Part shown: positions 62,230 to 64,000 of the stretch, in pieces
How the letters are laid out: each line of letters opens with the position of its first letter
How positions within the stretch are numbered: the stretch's first letter is position 1
Assembly (NCBI GenBank): GCA_030390025.1
Contig: CM059425.1
Location: forward strand, 173,850,001 to 173,914,000
Direction of reading: 5' to 3'
DNA: 64,000 nt
Origin: Squalus acanthias
Lineage: Eukaryota
Translations under genes and position numbers: made by a program
The notes under the pieces: generated by a model
Told to the model about the DNA's origin: nothing
The model's database searches: none
What the model saw: only the letters and a program-made list of their open reading frames with translations

Positions 62230-63793
62230 TAAGAACATAAGAAATAGGAGCAGGTGTAGGCCATACAGCCATTCAGTAAGATCATGGCTGATCTTCGACC
62301 TCAACTCCACTTTCCTGCCCAAACCCCATATCCCTTGATTCCCCTAGAGTCCAAAAATCTGTCTATCTCAGCCTTGAATATACTCAGTGACTCAGCATGC
62401 ACAGCCCTTTGGGGTAGAGAATTCCAAAGATTCACAACCCTCTGAGTAAAGAAATTGTTCCTCATCTCAGTCTTAAATGGCCGACCCCTTATCCTGAGTC
62501 TATGCCCCCAGTTCTAGACTCTCCAGCCAGTGGAAACAACCTCTCAGCATCTACCCTGTCAATCCCCCTCAGAATCTTACATGTTTCAATGAGATCACCT
62601 CTCATTCTTCTAAACTCCAGAGAGTATAGGCCCAATCTACTCAATCTCTCCTCATAGGACAACCTTCACATCCCAGGGATCAATCTAATGAACCTTTGTT
62701 GCAACCGCCTCGAATGAATGTATGCGCTTTCTCAGATAAGGAGACCAAAACTGTGCACAGTACTCCAGGTGTGGTCTCACCAAAGCCCTGTATAATTGTA
62801 GTAAGACTTCTTTACTCTTGTAATTCGACCCCCTTGCAATAAAGGCCAACATGCCACTTGCCTTCCTAATTGCTTGCTGTACCTGCATGCTAACTGTGTT
62901 TCCTGTACGAGGACACCTAAATCTCTCTGAACACCAACATTTAATGGGCCAGAAATTAGGCTTTCTGGCTTCCTGCGGGTGCAAGCATCGCGCGTGTACT
63001 TGCCTACTGCGCCTGCCGTTGTGCTTTCGGCCCACGAGGAATCCGGTTCCTGGGCCTCCTCCAGCTGCCGGCGCGCAGTGCTTGCGTATCCCAGGGGCGC
63101 AGTAAGTTCGAAGCATCCCCTGGGATCACGTGGGCCATGGAGAGCCAATCCTAACAAGGCATTTTCATTCATAGATTTGACAGGAAGAGATCGGCCCCAA
63201 AACCACATTTTTAAAATATCTATAAGTTACATAAATTAACTACTTTAAACAACAATTTTAATTTTTGAAAAAATTAATTATACATTTTAACGGTGCTAAA
63301 AATAAACTTACCTTTCTTTAAAGTATCTAAAAAAGATAAACCTGTTGAAAAAATGTTTAAATTGTAATTAATTAACTACTTACCTTGTTAAAAACAGGCC
63401 TTGCGCCTCCTTTTTAAAAGTGCAGCTTCTCCATACTTCCCCTCCCGGAGAAACCTGAAAAAAACCGAAGTTCGCTGCGTGCGCGCAGCCACTCCCGCGC
63501 ACGCGTTCGACTTCTGAACCCCTTCCTTCAGGGGAACGGACGTTCCGGTTTCTTGCGCATGCGCAGTGCATGCAGGAAACCGGGACTTCAGGTGGCCTTA
63601 CGGGTGAGCACACAGCGCGTACTCACCCGACAAGAGCCGAATTTCTGGCCCATTTTTCTCATCATTTAAAAAATATTCTGTTTTTCCATTCTTCCTACCA
63701 AGGTGAATAACCTCACATTTCCTCACATTATACTCCATCTGCCACCTTATTGCCCACTCACTTAACCTGTCTATATCCCTTTGCAGGCCCTTT
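62230..63793 (-). mobile_element. CR1 3' portion interrupted by a MITE and a Harbinger end
   Basis: Tail [28 protein letters not shown]. Confidence 0.88.
62946..63651. mobile_element. Harbinger-type MITE with an AT-rich core
   Basis: TIRs GGGCCAGAAATT and AATTTCTGGCCC; flanks AAT and ATT. Confidence 0.82.
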
Positions 63794-64000
63794 GGGGGAG
63801 AAATTCGGTATCGCCACGTTTGGGGCGCTATTATCGGCCGGGCGCAAAGTTTAGCGCCCGGCGCTAATTACCGCCTCCGACTACAAACTTGGCCTCTATC
63901 GCCCCTGGAGGTGATTTGAGCGCTAAATCAGGCACTGCACACCTGTCTTAAGGCGCTAACGTCGAGGAGCGAGGCGCTACCTCAGAGCGCTGGCGAAGCT
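63794..64000 (-). mobile_element. End of another 27156-family Harbinger or MITE, running off the window
   Basis: Reverse complement matches 30965-31171. Confidence 0.9.

Overview
Eukaryotic, very repeat-rich intronic DNA, most likely from a shark or other cartilaginous fish (inferred from CR1 tail types and Harbinger abundance). The only host-gene exons I can support are two small + strand CAMK4 coding exons (25261-25339 and 49024-49086), so the whole window probably lies in CAMK4 introns 1-3. The rest is nested mobile DNA: a Tigger/pogo end, more than 12 PIF/Harbinger elements, many CR1 LINEs (two near full length with esterase ORF1), and RTE, L2 and a second Jockey-group LINE. The Harbingers include two-gene transposase plus Myb/SANT elements, a transposase-only copy with an open ORF, and MITEs. 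Most notable: (1) three insertions of one Harbinger MITE within about 35 bp of the CR1 endonuclease start, two at the same trinucleotide in opposite orientations; (2) a degraded R2-like reverse transcriptase outside rDNA; (3) a ~190-bp direct repeat bracketing a CR1; (4) twin-priming and double-tailed LINE insertions; (5) two sibling CR1s with different monomeric 5' ends; (6) a GATCGTGACGTCA plus TATTTAAA module conserved across Harbinger families. Everything was read by eye; family names need database confirmation.
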